A DNA stretch of 64,000 nt from Octopus vulgaris (Eukaryota), in the NCBI GenBank assembly GCA_951406725.2, contig OX597822.1, positions 64,480,001 through 64,544,000 of the forward strand, read 5' to 3'. The position numbers and the translations under genes are program-made. The notes beneath the pieces were generated by a model. The model saw only the letters and a program-made list of their open reading frames with translations. It had not been told where the DNA came from and ran no database searches. Shown here piece by piece: positions 1 through 13,640 of the stretch; position 1 is the stretch's first letter; each line of letters opens with the position of its first letter.

Positions 1-402
1 AAATACTCTAGTAAACACGGTTATAGTGCGAGCATACAGATGTAAGCATTGGCAAAAACATACATTTAGTGCAAATAAGTAGTCTCTATCATTATATATA
101 ATTTAAACTTTAATTTCCTTTATATTTAACATTCACTATAATATCCCTACTCTTTCTGTTAGCTACTTATGACGTTATATCATATAACGTTTTTTTAAAC
201 AATAATAATAGCGTTCTGTCTATCGCTATACAAATCCATCATTTTTTGCTAAAATGTCTTATTGACGTGTTTCGTTTTTTTCACTTTCCTGAGGAGAAGA
301 TTGCATTGTTTATACCATTTATTCTTTTCAGTGGAATTTTCGAAACATGTGTCGAAAGTAAAAATATTTGTTTACACCTGCGTTAACTCCATTTTTTATT
401 CT

Positions 403-453
<51 letters not shown>

Positions 454-457
<4 letters not shown>

Positions 458-744
458 GGGCAGCGGACTCGTGGTAGTAGGATCGCAGTTTCGATTACCA
501 GATCGGGCGTTGTGAGTGTTTATTGAGCAAAAACACCTAAAGCTCCACGATGCTCCGGCAGGGGATGGTGGCGATCCCTGCTGTATTCTTTCGCCACAAC
601 TTTCTCTCACTCTTTCTTCTGTTGGCCTGCTCGCTTAGCCAGCGGGGAGGCGTCATTTAAAGGCTAAAACAATGTGAGGCGCATGTGACCAGCGATGTGT
701 AGCAACATCTGATAGCCTGGTCGGTCACGGTGATCACGGTGATA
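454..744 (+). mobile_element. tRNA-headed SINE, family E (5'-clipped)
   Basis: Head gttagggcagcggactcg...tttcgattacc, body gagcaaaaacacctaaagctccacg...ctttcgccacaactttctctcactc shared with copies at 14636, 35790, 42501, 62401; short tandem tail (cacggtgat)x2. Confidence 0.8.
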
Positions 745-776
745 TATATATATATATATATACATACTACACACTC

Positions 777-977
777 ACGAGGGGGTGTTAAAAAGTTCAT
801 GGCTTTGGGTAAAAGAAGAAGGATCAGTTAATTATGATTTCATTCAACGTATTCCCCGCTCAAAAAAACAAAAAACACTTATTGCGACGGTCCTCCAGTT
901 GTCTAAGCTCTGTAATAGAAATCGGAATTTTGGTCCTCCAACAAAACCTTTCGCGATACCTTTAAAGCCAGGAACCT

Positions 978-978
<1 letters not shown>
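777..978. mobile_element. mariner-derived MITE / deletion derivative
   Basis: Left end cacgagggggtgttaaaaagttcatggcttt and inverted right end aaagccaggaacctt; the left ~70 bp match the reverse complement of the mariner end at 27870-27937. Confidence 0.65.
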
Positions 979-1007
<29 letters not shown>

Positions 1008-1008
<1 letters not shown>

Positions 1009-1391
1009 CTCTATATATAAACGGCAGTTTGTCTGTGTGTGTGTCTGTGTGTCTGTCACGTTGTACCCTCACCCTGACCACGGCTTTCAACCGATTCTGA
1101 TGAAACTTGACACACTCATAGCCCAATGTCATAATTCAAAACTAACGCAGCGAAAATTTTGAAAAGTTCCCCCAGTTCTGAAAAAAAATCGATAAATTCG
1201 ACATGGGGTCGAGAATCAGAAACACAAACCACAGACTGTCTAGGGGACGCAACTCGACCCTTTTAACTCTCAAAAAAAAATTTACCATAATTTTTTTTCC
1301 ATTTTTTTGCTATTTTTTGGCTATAACTCTCTAAAAATGCTTTATAGTTATTTCCCTTACAAACCCGAGCAACGCCGGGCGATACTGCTAG
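1008..1391 (+). mobile_element. non-autonomous Helitron
   Basis: 5' TC start (tctctatatataaac), internal tgtc/tg microsatellite, 3' GC-rich hairpin cccgagcaacgccggg followed by CTAG|T. Confidence 0.75.
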
Positions 1392-2396
1392 TATATATAT
1401 ATAGTTATACAATAACTCGAAGGTTGCCCGGTTGAATAGCTTTCAGAATTATGTCCTACCTCATAGGATACTGAAAATAATATCCTAGTCCCTCACTTTA
1501 ATACCGTATATATCTAGTTGGGCATTTAATGTCTATTATACTGTATATACATGCATAGTACCCCACGATGATGGCTAATCCTAAGGAAATAACCACCTCC
1601 TTACAATGTGAAGCGGGAAGAGAAACTTGAATTTGAAATTCACGAGTATGAAAGAAATTGAGATGTATAAATATTAATGGGATTTAAATTCTGCTTTTTG
1701 TGTATTATCTTAGCCAAATATCTTAACATTTCTAGCGTGCGGTAATCATGTATAGTGTTATTTCATTCTTTTCAGAAATCTCCAGTATGACTTAATCTAT
1801 GAATTTCCTTATTAGATATATTATAGAGAGAGATTAGAGATGAAATTAATTACAGATAAGTGGAAGTTCATGGAAGGCTTTCATTATTTTCTTTATAAAA
1901 CTTTGAAGATTTAATAAAAAAAAAGTTCATAGTGTTTACGTATAGAGAAACAGCAGATTGCAGGGATCTATAGACGTAATTGATTGACTACATTCAGGAT
2001 TTCTGAAGAAAACCTTAATCATTAGTGCCTCCTAAATGATGTTTTTTATTCATCATTGATGCACCAAGAAATTGTTGTCAATTGTCCGCCACAAAGGTTG
2101 ACTGGCGGGAAATTTTAGTATTCTATTTCAATCAGAAAATTTTATTTCGGCCTCATGTCTTCATAAAGTGTAGATGATATGTTTTTATGTGTTTCGTTAC
2201 ATTATTCACAATTCTTTGTTTTTCTTTTTGTTGATGTTCACCTGTAATTTTTAAGAAGCAACCATTGAAGTTGAATATTAAAAAAATAAAAAAATAAGCG
2301 AAACCGTGTTTTATTACAATTTCGTAATTGTAGCTTCGAAATTTCTATAAACCTCTGTTGCTACAATGGTTTAAAATAACCTCAAATTCCTCTCGG

Positions 2397-2455
<59 letters not shown>

Positions 2456-2544
2456 CACATATAATATATGTGTGTGTGTATATATAGTATATATATATAT
2501 ATATACTATAGCCTGTCGTATATATATGTATATATATATATATA

Positions 2545-2768
2545 TGTGTGTTTGTGTGTCTGTGTTTGTCCCCCTAGCATTGCTTGACAACCGATGCTGG
2601 TGTGTTTACGTCCCCGTCACTTAGCGGTTCGGCAAAAGAGACCAATAGAATAAGTACTGGGCTTACAAAAGAATAAGTCCCGGGGTCGATTTGCTCGATT
2701 AAAGGCGGTGCTCCAGCATGGCCGCAGTCAAATGACTGAAACAAGTAAAAGAGTAAAAGAGAGAGTAA
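2545..2768 (+). mobile_element. SINE family A, 3' half
   Basis: ttgacaaccgatgctggtgtgtttacgtcccc...ggcggtgctccagcatggccgcagtcaaatgactgaaacaagtaaaagag, found more than 10 times in the window. Confidence 0.85.
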
Positions 2769-2789
2769 TATATATATATATATACTATA

Positions 2790-3169
2790 CACTACCGTCA
2801 GAAATTAATTAGCACCCTTGATTTGCTCTTCACTCAAGGTATGTGCTGTCTCCTAGAGGCCATATCTCGAACTATTGCTTTGTTGCGAGTTCACTGTTGC
2901 GCAGAACGATGCCGTAACTTTGTTTGCAGAGCAGTTTGAGAGTCTACAGCCTTATGATGTTGACATAGCAGTGCAACAACAACTTGGAGTGCGGATGCAG
3001 ACAAATCTTCCTTTGTTTAATAGATATAGGTAGCGCCTCGCAAGGACCGAAATCACACCATACTAAGTTTTCTCATCGCGTAAGACGTTTTGAACAGCTC
3101 ATAGGTTAATTGATTTAACCTATTTAATGTAGAAATTTGAAAAGTGCTAATTAATTTCTGACGCAAGTG
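2790..3169. mobile_element. Tc1-like MITE
   Basis: TIRs cactaccgtcagaaattaattagcac / gtgctaattaatttctgacgcaagtg, flanked by TA on both sides. Confidence 0.8.
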
Positions 3170-3720
3170 TATATACACACACACATATAATATATTATAT
3201 ATATGTGTCTGTATGTATCTCAATCTCTGTGTGTGTATAATACATATACATTTATATAAATAAATATGCCCATATGTAGGTTAATATACATATATTGCTG
3301 TATAATATATATATAATAAAACATGACATTTGCAAACACATACACACAAGTGTGTGTGTGTATATATGTATGTATAGGTATATGTTTATATGTATATATA
3401 TATGTATATGTATATCTGTGTGTATATATGTATATATGTATATGTATATATGTATATATATATATATATATGATGTCTATGTATGTTCATATATATGCAT
3501 ATATGTATATGTATATGTGTGTGTATATACGTATATGTGTGTATATTTATGTATATATATGTATATGTATATATGTAGATGTATATATGTATATGTATAT
3601 GTTCATTTATTCGAAATTTAGTTTTCGCTTTATAAATTTCCCAAGTTTCTTGTTACTGACACATCTTATATCGACAAGCAGAATTGACGAATACACACGA
3701 ACATTCACCCACTCAACCAA

Positions 3721-3806
<86 letters not shown>

Positions 3807-3860
3807 TGAGACAGAGAAAGAGAGAGAGAAGGAGAGAAGGAGAGAGGGAGAGAGAAAGAA
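3721..3860. repeat. (GA)n microsatellite
   Basis: Directly visible; one of many simple-repeat tracts. Confidence 0.95.
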
Positions 3861-4783
3861 GCATCTATATTCGTCTCAAATAACACATCGAGTTAAAAAC
3901 AACGGAAGGAGAAAGGGTAAGAAAGGCTGCAAACAAGAGAAAGAGTTGTAAGGCTATGAGTGTGAACGTTTGAGCAAGAGTGAATGAAGAAGGTTGGTCG
4001 TTATGATGGCGATGTCATTGGATGGTGGCGGCGGTGGCGGCGGTGGCGGTGGTTGTGGCGGTGTTTTATTTGGCGTTTCCGATTAGGCTGACTCTCTGTT
4101 GAGTGAAACAATACAACAGAAGTGCGTTTGAGTACTGATGCAATATCTAGTGAGTTGTATTACATACTCCAGCAGTTGACTTCATGACGCGCTTGGGCAA
4201 AAACTAGGAAACATTTCCGCCATTGCTGAGCGTCTTGAAATGCACACGTGACTAAGATGTTAGCGAAAACGTGTTAACACGTTTGTTAACAATACCGCAT
4301 TTGCATTTAAGGGTTGGTGACTGACTGTACTGTTAAATTTGAAATTTGGCAATTATCTTGGTTCAGGAGAATTGAAGAACGGTTAAACAAAAGAAATCGG
4401 TTTAGAGAGTTGATTGTATTTCAGCAGTTGGAAAAAAGTTAAAAAAAAAAGAAGATAAAAGTCTTCCAATCTTTCAGTCGATGTCAGTCACAGTGAGTGT
4501 CTGTGCTTGTAGATTGTTTTCGCAGAATCTTTAAGTTAACGAAGATAGAATTGGGTATAGAATTGGAGAGCATAATGGAAGCGGCAAAAATAAATAAATA
4601 AATAAATAAATAAATAAAAATGAATAAGAGAATAAGAAAATAAAACAAAAAAGTACCCCCTATTAGAAGACAACAATGAGATTGCGTTGTATCTATTTCA
4701 GACAAACATGAATTTGAAAAACAAAAAGGATAATAAAATAAAAAATAGATAAAAGTATATCTTTTAAAAGAATTGACTTTCTG

Positions 4784-4840
<57 letters not shown>

Positions 4841-4901
4841 TATAGTTTGTGTATATATAAAAGTAAATATGCATTTTTATGTATGCACATATATATATAT
4901 A

Positions 4902-4966
<65 letters not shown>

Positions 4967-5205
4967 TTTTTTTTTTATATACATACATATATATATATTT
5001 CTGGGGTCGATTTCTTCGACTAAAAGCGACGCTCCAGCATGGCCGCAATCAAATGACTGAAACAGTTAAATGAGTAGAATAACATAGCTGAATGCATTCG
5101 ATTCACATTAATTTATGGCTCGCGTAATGTGAAAGAAGAATAAACACGAGGTATTTAGAATATAGTTATTAAGGCAGGGTTTTCAGATCTGAGTGAAAAT
5201 ACCAA

Positions 5206-5780
5206 AGGCTGCGAGCTGGCAGAAACGTTAGCACGCCAGGTGAAATGCTTAGCGGTATTTCGTCTGCCGCTACGTTCTGAGTTCAAATTCCGCCGAGGTC
5301 GACTTTGCCTTTCATCCTTTCGGTGTCGATAAATTAAGTACCAGTTACGCACTGGGGTCGATGTAATTGACTTAATCCGTTTGTCTGTTCCCTCTGTGCT
5401 TAGCCCCTTGTGGGTAGTAAAGAAATAGGTATTTCGTCTGCCGCTACGTTCTGAGTTCAAATTCCGCCGAGGTCGACTTTGCCTTTCATCCTTTCGGGGT
5501 CGATAAATTAAGTACCAGTTACGCACTGGGGTCGATGTAATTGACTTAATCCGTTTGTCTGTTCTTGTTTGTTCCCTCTGTGCTTAGCCCCTTGTGGGTA
5601 GTAAAGAAATAGGCATTTCGTCTGCCGCTACGTTCTGAGTTCAAATTCCGCCGAGGTCGACTTTGTCTTTCATCCTTTCAGAGTCGATAAATTAAGTACT
5701 AGTTGCGTACTGGGGTCGACCTAATCGACTGGCCCCTGCCCGCCAAAATTTCGGGCCTTGTACCTAGAGTAGAAAAGAAA
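5206..5780 (+). mobile_element. SINE family B, head-to-tail trimer
   Basis: tRNA-like head ggctgcgagctggcagaaacgttagcac...gagttcaaattccgcc, and central gtcgactttgcctttcatcctttcggggtcgataaattaagtaccag (Meta/RUDI-like domain, tentative) repeated three times. Confidence 0.85.
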
Positions 5781-5989
5781 ATACTATTTGATTATCTTTT
5801 ACTTGTTTCAATCATTAGAATGTGGCCGTGCTGGGGCACCACATTGAACAGTGTTTTGGCGAATGAACAGACGCCAGTATTAATTTATTTAGAGCCTGGT
5901 ACGTATTCTAACGGTGTGTTTTACCGAGCCGCTAAGTTACGGCGAGTTAAGAATACCAATACCGGTTGTTAAGCGGTGGTGGGGAACAA

Positions 5990-6027
<38 letters not shown>

Positions 6028-6139
6028 ACAAAATATTATTAACTATTAATTAATTAATTATTCCGTATAAATATGTTGGCCATGTCATCTTCCTCTATGA
6101 TCGGGTAGATAGACATATTGTTATCTGGATGTTACCACT

Positions 6140-6445
6140 AGGCGTAGGAGTGGCTGTGTGGTAAGTAGCTTGCTTACCAACCACATGGTTCTGGGTTCAG
6201 TCCCACTGCGTGGCACCTTGTGCAAGTGTCTTCTATTATGTGTGTGTCTGTGCTTGTCCCTCCAACATCGCTTGACAACCGATGCTGGTGTGTTTACGCC
6301 CCCGTAACTTAGCGGTTCGGTAAAAAAGAGACCGATAGAATAAGTACTAGGCTTACAAAGAATAAGTCCTGAGGTCGATTTGCTCGACTAAAGGCGGTGC
6401 TCCAGCATGGGGACGGTCAAATGACTGAAAACAAGTATAAAGAGA
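6140..6445 (+). mobile_element. SINE family A (internally deleted)
   Basis: Head ggcgtaggagtggctgtgtggtaag...ggttcagtcccac with A/B-box-like motifs, plus the family A 3' body. Confidence 0.85.
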
Positions 6446-6857
6446 AAAAAAAGTCTATTCCTGATGGTACTATAATTTTTTGCACTGGTGGTACTATTAC
6501 GTTGCTCACTAGCAGAAGATTAATGCTCATAACTAACCGTCCCAGCAACGGTTATGTGAACTAGCTGTATTATCATTCTCTTCACTAGGCGAATAGCTTT
6601 TTCACAATAGGAAACTCGCCCAAGATATACATACGTATATATTTTTATTCGCATTCATAGTAACTGTAATTGCTAATCATAAGCCACACAGAAACTCTCA
6701 GCTTATCGAATTTCCTCGTAACTTCGATGTGGGAAAAAATGTATAACGCTATACACTTTTTGCTTTCTATATCTGCCACGAACTGGTTGAAGCTGACTAA
6801 CTTCCAACGCTTGGATACCTGGGAATGAACCCGGAACCATGTGTAAGCAAGCTACTT

Positions 6858-7300
6858 TATTTCATAAAATTTGTCATATAGACAGTAAAAAGATTGTGTA
6901 GCTTTGCGAGCTGGACAAACAAATTAATGAATGAAAATGAAATAAAATGAATAAATGAGAGACGAAACCCAACACCCGCCGATTGGATTTTTCTCGAAAA
7001 CATACTTTCTTTTTTTTTAAAAATCAGTATGAGGTTTCAAACCTCTTACAAGAAGGAGGCACTAAAATCTCTTACTTAACATGTTTTTTTTAAACACACA
7101 ATTGAGATTATAAACCATTACAAATAATACAATAAGATGAGGTTTCAAACCCACTAACGAGGCTTTTTTCACCGCCTATTCATCGATATATCCATCGATA
7201 TATTCATCATTATCTTCAATGCCGCTTGAGTTCCTGTATCCCGCCATTTCCCATGCGTCACTCATGTAGGACATGTAAGTCGTGTAAGTCATGTAAGTCG
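6858..7300 (-). mobile_element. unclassified retroposed insert with a 15-bp TSD inside a SINE A head
   Basis: gtaagcaagctactt at 6843-6857 and at 7301-7315; removing the insert restores a SINE A head (minus strand); the minus strand ends in ...ttttatgaaataaa. Confidence 0.7.
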
Positions 7301-7663
7301 GTAAGCAAGCTACTTACCACACAGCCACTCCTGCTCCTGAATGTCTTTGTAGCTAAGTGAACTGTACCAACCGAAAATTATAATTCATGGCCACAGATCA
7401 CAATTTGGGTAAATATGATCCAGAGACGAACCAAGCGGACGATCACACAACCAAACGTTTTCCAGAAGTATAAGATGACGAGTAAACAAATTATCATTAA
7501 TGTGCTTATGGTTTGAAGATGTACGAAAAACATTTTAAGAGTCTAAATAAAGAAAAAGATATGATGGGAAATAATTATATGCAAAGGAAACACTCCAAAG
7601 AATTCATATGATGGTGAGAATATAGTGTGCAGAGTTGTGCAAAGATAAATTACATTATAAATA

Positions 7664-7732
7664 TTATGGGAATTTTCCCATCTGATATTCACACGGCGAT
7701 CCGTGTGAATATCAGATGGGAAATTCACATAA
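7664..7732. repeat. near-perfect inverted repeat / hairpin
   Basis: 23-bp perfect arms 7674-7696 and 7701-7723, 4-nt loop cgat, imperfect extension. Confidence 0.9.
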
Positions 7733-8005
7733 CTTGTTTTCATAATAATGAGAATCCTTACAACCAATATAAGTGTATCAGTGCACATCCAACTGTGTTA
7801 TTTTGCAAATCGATAACGTTAATACATACAGAGAGAGCAGAATATATTAGTACATACTGAATTTTTAAGAGTTGAAAAGGCCATTATTTTTGTCCGCATT
7901 ATTGTCAATGATAAGACATATCTGAATGAAAAAGTGTGGCATGGCTATCACAGTATCATTGGTGAAAAATAAGCTCACTATTTCTACCTTCCTGCATGTA
8001 TCTGC

Positions 8006-8049
<44 letters not shown>

Positions 8050-8142
8050 GTCTGTCTGTCTAGCTGTCTGCCTGTCTATGTCTGTATGCATGTATTTATG
8101 AACGTATGTACGTATGTATGTAGGTATGCATTTAAGTATGCA

Positions 8143-8542
<400 letters not shown>

Positions 8543-8673
8543 GAGGGGATCAATAGGTGGTATTCATCAACTTTTAGACATTATATTATGTCAATTTATT
8601 TATTACTTTACTAAAATGACAATTACAACAATATACATACTTGTATAACATATTATACTTTACATATATAATA

Positions 8674-9207
8674 TCTATATCTATAAAAGGCAGAATGTGT
8701 GTGTGTGTGTGTGTACGTAAATGTACTTTATGTCCGTTCAAAAATTAGCACGCATGTCGCTCCAATTTTAGGAAGACATTAGTCACGACCATGGCTGCAC
8801 TTTTGTCAACTTATTTTTCTCGAGGCACCCCCGGATAGCGGTAAAAATAGCTTTACACAGATAACTTTTACCAATTTTCATGTTGGCGAAATCCATAAGT
8901 TTGCTAACATTAGTTAAGCCCCCTGTCTTATAGATTAATTCCCCCTACTACAATGCCTTCGAAAAAAATTAGATTTGGACTACCTAAGTAATCTCAGCGC
9001 AGGAAAAGAGAAAGAGCTGAAGAGACTGACTATCACCAGACCTATTAGTAAAATATTATAACTTTTTTGGCCCAAACCTGGCAATAAGAGCTTGCGTATA
9101 TTCTGCTACAAAACATTCAATAATATCGAAGCAGTAACTTTCATAAATCAGGGTATAATTCTTGAAGACTCTTTCTGAACCCAGGCAACGACGGGTATTT
9201 CTGCTAG
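8674..9207 (+). mobile_element. non-autonomous Helitron
   Basis: 5' tctatatctataaaaggcag plus (TG)n; 3' cccaggcaacgacggg...ctgCTAG|T; ends resemble 1008-1391. Confidence 0.7.
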
Positions 9208-9278
9208 TAATATAATATAATATAAAGATACCAGTAATTATTAAAATATAACATACAGGAATAGAAATTGGGAAAATA

Positions 9279-9400
9279 TCTCACAGCTGTTTCAACCAAG
9301 AGGTAAAAATACCCCATTCTACCTTTATCCCTCCAGTAGACTGAAGTAATTAGTAGATGAAATTGAGGTACTTGGGTGTTTCTCTAGGCTTCGTCAGAGA
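9279..9400 (-). ncRNA. PLE-type hammerhead-like motif with a long loop-II insertion
   Basis: Minus strand: TCT CTGACGA AGCCTAGAG ...~80 nt... CTCTTGGTT GAA ACAGCTGT G AGA; palindromic stem III, but G at the cleavage position. Confidence 0.5.
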
Positions 9401-9625
9401 TTTTAAAAAGTACATAAGCTTAAGTTATAAATATAAATACACACGCATATACATACTTATACATATACATACATCTCTTTACTCTCACCCATTTATTACA
9501 CTCGGAAATGTAATTGCAATGCAATAAAAGAAGCAGTTGTGTATTAATATTTGGGTATTCTACAGCAGTATATTGGATAGATATTATCTCTTAGTTGGTT
9601 GGATTCACAACCTCAAACTTTATTG

Positions 9626-9690
<65 letters not shown>

Positions 9691-9873
9691 TCAGCATGTG
9701 TGTGTGTATGTATGTATGTAAAACTATCTAACTGTCTACCTTTCCTAGTGTATAGAAATACTATAAAGAAATGGAACAAAAGTGTAATTGTGAGTTAAAC
9801 GGTTTTGCAGTCTAATCCAGAATTTAATTAAATTTATAAACATTGCTGAATCTGGTTAAAACATCTGTCCAAT

Positions 9874-9944
<71 letters not shown>

Positions 9945-9945
9945 A

Positions 9946-9995
<50 letters not shown>

Positions 9996-10004
9996 GTCTG
10001 TCTA

Positions 10005-10081
<77 letters not shown>

Positions 10082-11768
10082 GCATGCATGTTTTACACGC
10101 ACACACACACGCACACACACGTATGTATGCATATAAAATAATCTTCGTCTAATTACGTAATGAAATAGGTATGTGCTATAAGTGGTCGATTCGGTTTACC
10201 ACTAAAACTCCGACACGAACTGTAACTGATAAAAAAAAAGGTGGTTTTTAAGCTGGCTAAAAGTGATCCATCGTTGAACGGGTCGATATATATATATTAA
10301 AAACAGAGAATGAACAAGCAAAACATGTGGTACTACTTTAGAGCACGCTATTATCCTGCGCGCGTAAGCGAAAGCAGGGTATTTTAATCACGTGTGTTAG
10401 TTTGTTTATCTATGTGTTTGCAAAATTACTGGAAACCGGTTGAACGGATTTTCACCAAATTTGGTTGAAATACTCATTGGGTGAGTGGTTCAAAATGTCG
10501 AACATTTGGTCTGATTATCTTCAAACATACATAAATACATACATAGATATGCGACTGTGTGTGTGTGTGGTGTGTGTATGTGTGTGTGTGTGTGTGTGGT
10601 GTGTGTATGTGCGTGTGTGTGTGTACAGTGATGGATTCGAACGCTTCGTTTATTTACGAGTTGATATCTTAATTTCACCAGAGTATAAATAACTAAAATG
10701 GTGATATCTAAGAAAAAAATAAATTTTAATCGAACTTACAAATTTCCCAATAAGAAAGTTTAGTCAGACACTTACAACGCTTAATTCAGTTCAATTGAAA
10801 AGCATGAGTAAGCCACACTATAATTTGCGCAAAAATTTATCTGATGTCTTTTTAACACTTATAATTTAAACATAATTTAAACATAAGTTATAGCAAGGAG
10901 TAGTTTTAATACTTACACATTTATTATAACTACTCTGCACTATGTAATAATTTAAATGCTCTAAAGTGACGCCACATTTTGATTGCTTATTCTCTATTTC
11001 TGATACGTGCGTAGTCCTATGCATATAGGTTTGGTTGTATTAATAAAATTAAACGACATGAGTAAATATATTATATTTTTAATCGGCAGAAGGGCCAAAA
11101 GTTTCACGTGTGCACGATACACACACACACTCACACACAAACACACATACACACAATATCATTCAACCTTGGTTGTGGTTGAATAAAATTTTTAAGGTCA
11201 ACATATACTCACTCGCAGCCTCTTCAAAGCTTTGTTACTAACTCATTTCTCAACCAAATTCAAAACTGTTAACAGTTGTATAATAGTCACCTCCCAAGGT
11301 ACATTTTGATATGAAAATATCGAAATGTGTTTCAATGGAAAAAAAGTTATGTTAAAATATGTGAGGTGCAAGAGGAGAGAGTAAGCCGAAAAATCGACTA
11401 TGAATCAAAGTAACTTTCTTATTTTAAAAGCAAAACTATATTTTATTTAAGCTTAAATGAGAGAAAGAAACGAGAGGAATCTAAAAATGTCAATTTTATC
11501 AAAACAATCTTTAATATAAAAAAGCTGTGAAGCCAAAAGTGTCGAAGAAAAGTAAGTAACGCTTCCAATCAACTTTGACTTCAAAAAACTTTCTTAATTT
11601 AAAAGCAATCTATATTTAATTTAAGCTCTAATGATAAGTCAAACCGAGGGGAATCCAAAAATACTAATTTTATGCAATACAATTTTTTTGAAAAAGGTAT
11701 GAGGTAAAAAGGGACAAAAAAGTAAGTGATGCTAGGCCGTGTGCCTATGGTAGAAAGGATTATATAAT

Positions 11769-11822
<54 letters not shown>

Positions 11823-11825
<3 letters not shown>

Positions 11826-12015
11826 GCCATGATAGATCGGTAGCCGCTACACACATTTTTTTCTTTCCTTGTTTCTTTCTGTGTTCCTTTCTGTGGAAGA
11901 GCGTAGGCTCGAAACGTAAAAGACTTTTTCAATTCCCGAGCGTCATACTAATACATCTTTTTGTTTTCTACACCACCTGTCTTCGTCTTTTGTTTTTTTC
12001 GTGAATTCTCCCCTA
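11823..12015 (+). mobile_element. short PLE-type element, family D2, with a hammerhead-variant motif
   Basis: CTTT CTGTGGA A GAGC gtag GCTC GAAAC GTA AAAG at ~11887-11922; (TA)n on both sides; homologs at 15120, 20410, 56320. Confidence 0.75.
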
Positions 12016-12025
12016 TATATATATA

Positions 12026-12075
<50 letters not shown>

Positions 12076-12249
12076 CACACACACTCACACACACACACAT
12101 ATCTCAACTATTATAATATATAAAAATATATACAGTTGTCTCCCTTGCATCACAGCAAGATTTCTTCACTCTTTCTTTTTAACTTTATTTTTAATCTTCA
12201 CTCTCCCTTTTCTTTTAATCCAGACATGTTACTGCATATATATACAAAT

Positions 12250-12960
12250 ACATACTTCTAGATTTAATGCATAATAATTTAGTCAAAAAATAATAGATCT
12301 AGTCTTTATTTGTAGAAATAAGCTCTAATTTCGTTTTTGAATCAATTTTTATAATTCAAGTAAATGAAAATAATTCTTAAAATTCAATTTGAAACCTTCT
12401 AATCAAAAAAGATCATTTCTGTTTGACAATTATTCTAGAGTTTATTTTTTTTTATCTCAATTATAAAATATTTAAGCCCTAAAAATTAAAAAAATGTTAA
12501 AAACAAGAAAAATAAAAAATAAAGAAACAAAACAACACATGGGCGCACGTTCGTGTTAAAAATAAATCAAAACAGCAAAAATGTATGAATGGCTTTAATC
12601 AAATGGGTGTATTCCTTCTTTTTGCTTCTTTTAGTTACTAATTAATGATTGAATACTTAATTAAATTTACAATTATAATTCCCATAATTAATTAACGTTT
12701 TATTATGAATGACTTTTTGATTGACTAATATATTGATTGTTTATATCATGCATTTAGGTAATTTGAATCAATATGTAGCTATTCCGCCACAATAACTTGC
12801 GTTTTTTGACTACTATAATGTAAAAATTGCAGATTCCCCAGTCACCGGATTTGTGCTTATTTATTATTATCATTTTTTTTTTGCTATGATCTAACAAACT
12901 AAGACTTATTTACAAATAATTTAATATGATGGCAATCTAACTCAACATTAATTTGTAAAT
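12250..12960 (+). pseudogene. possible highly decayed Penelope-like ORF remnant
   Basis: Broken frames give SICSYSAT and DSPVTG, reminiscent of the PLE linker motifs (ISYSC..., CP.xG.C); very AT-rich. Confidence 0.3.
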
Positions 12961-12989
12961 ACACACCACTTTTCCAGTATAAATCTATT

Positions 12990-13640
12990 TTTTGTTTCTT
13001 TATTGCCCACAACGGGCTAAACACAGAGGGGACAAACAAGGACAGACAAACGGATTAAGGCGATTACATCGATCCCAGTGCGTAACTGGTACTTATTTCA
13101 TCGAACCCGAAAGGATGAAAGGCAAAGTCGACCTCGGCGGAATTTGAACTCAGAACGCAGCAGCAGATGAAATACCGCTAAGCATTTCGCCCGGCGTGCT
13201 AACGTTTCTGCCAGTTCGCCGCCTTTTTATTTCTTTACTACTCACAAGGGGCTAAATACAGAGGAGACAAACAAGGACGGACAAACGGATTAAGTCAATT
13301 ATATCGACCCCAGTGCGTAACTGGTACTTATTTAATCGACCCCGAAAGGATGAAAGGCAAAGTCGACCTCGGCGGAATTTGAACTCAGAACGTAGCGGCA
13401 GACGAAATACCTATTTCTTTTACTGCCCACAAGGGGCTAAACACAGAGAGGACAAACAAGGACAGACAAACGGATTAAGTCGTATATATCGACCCCAGTG
13501 CGTAACTGGTACTTATTTAATCGACCCCTGAAAGGGATAGTCGACCTCGGCGGAATTTGAACTCAGAACGTAGCAGCAGACGAAATACTGCTAAGCATTT
13601 CGCCCGGTATGCAAACGTTTCTGCCAGCTCGCTGCCTTCT
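12990..13640 (-). mobile_element. SINE family B, tandem array (3 units)
   Basis: Reverse complement of the 5206-5780 units. Confidence 0.85.
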
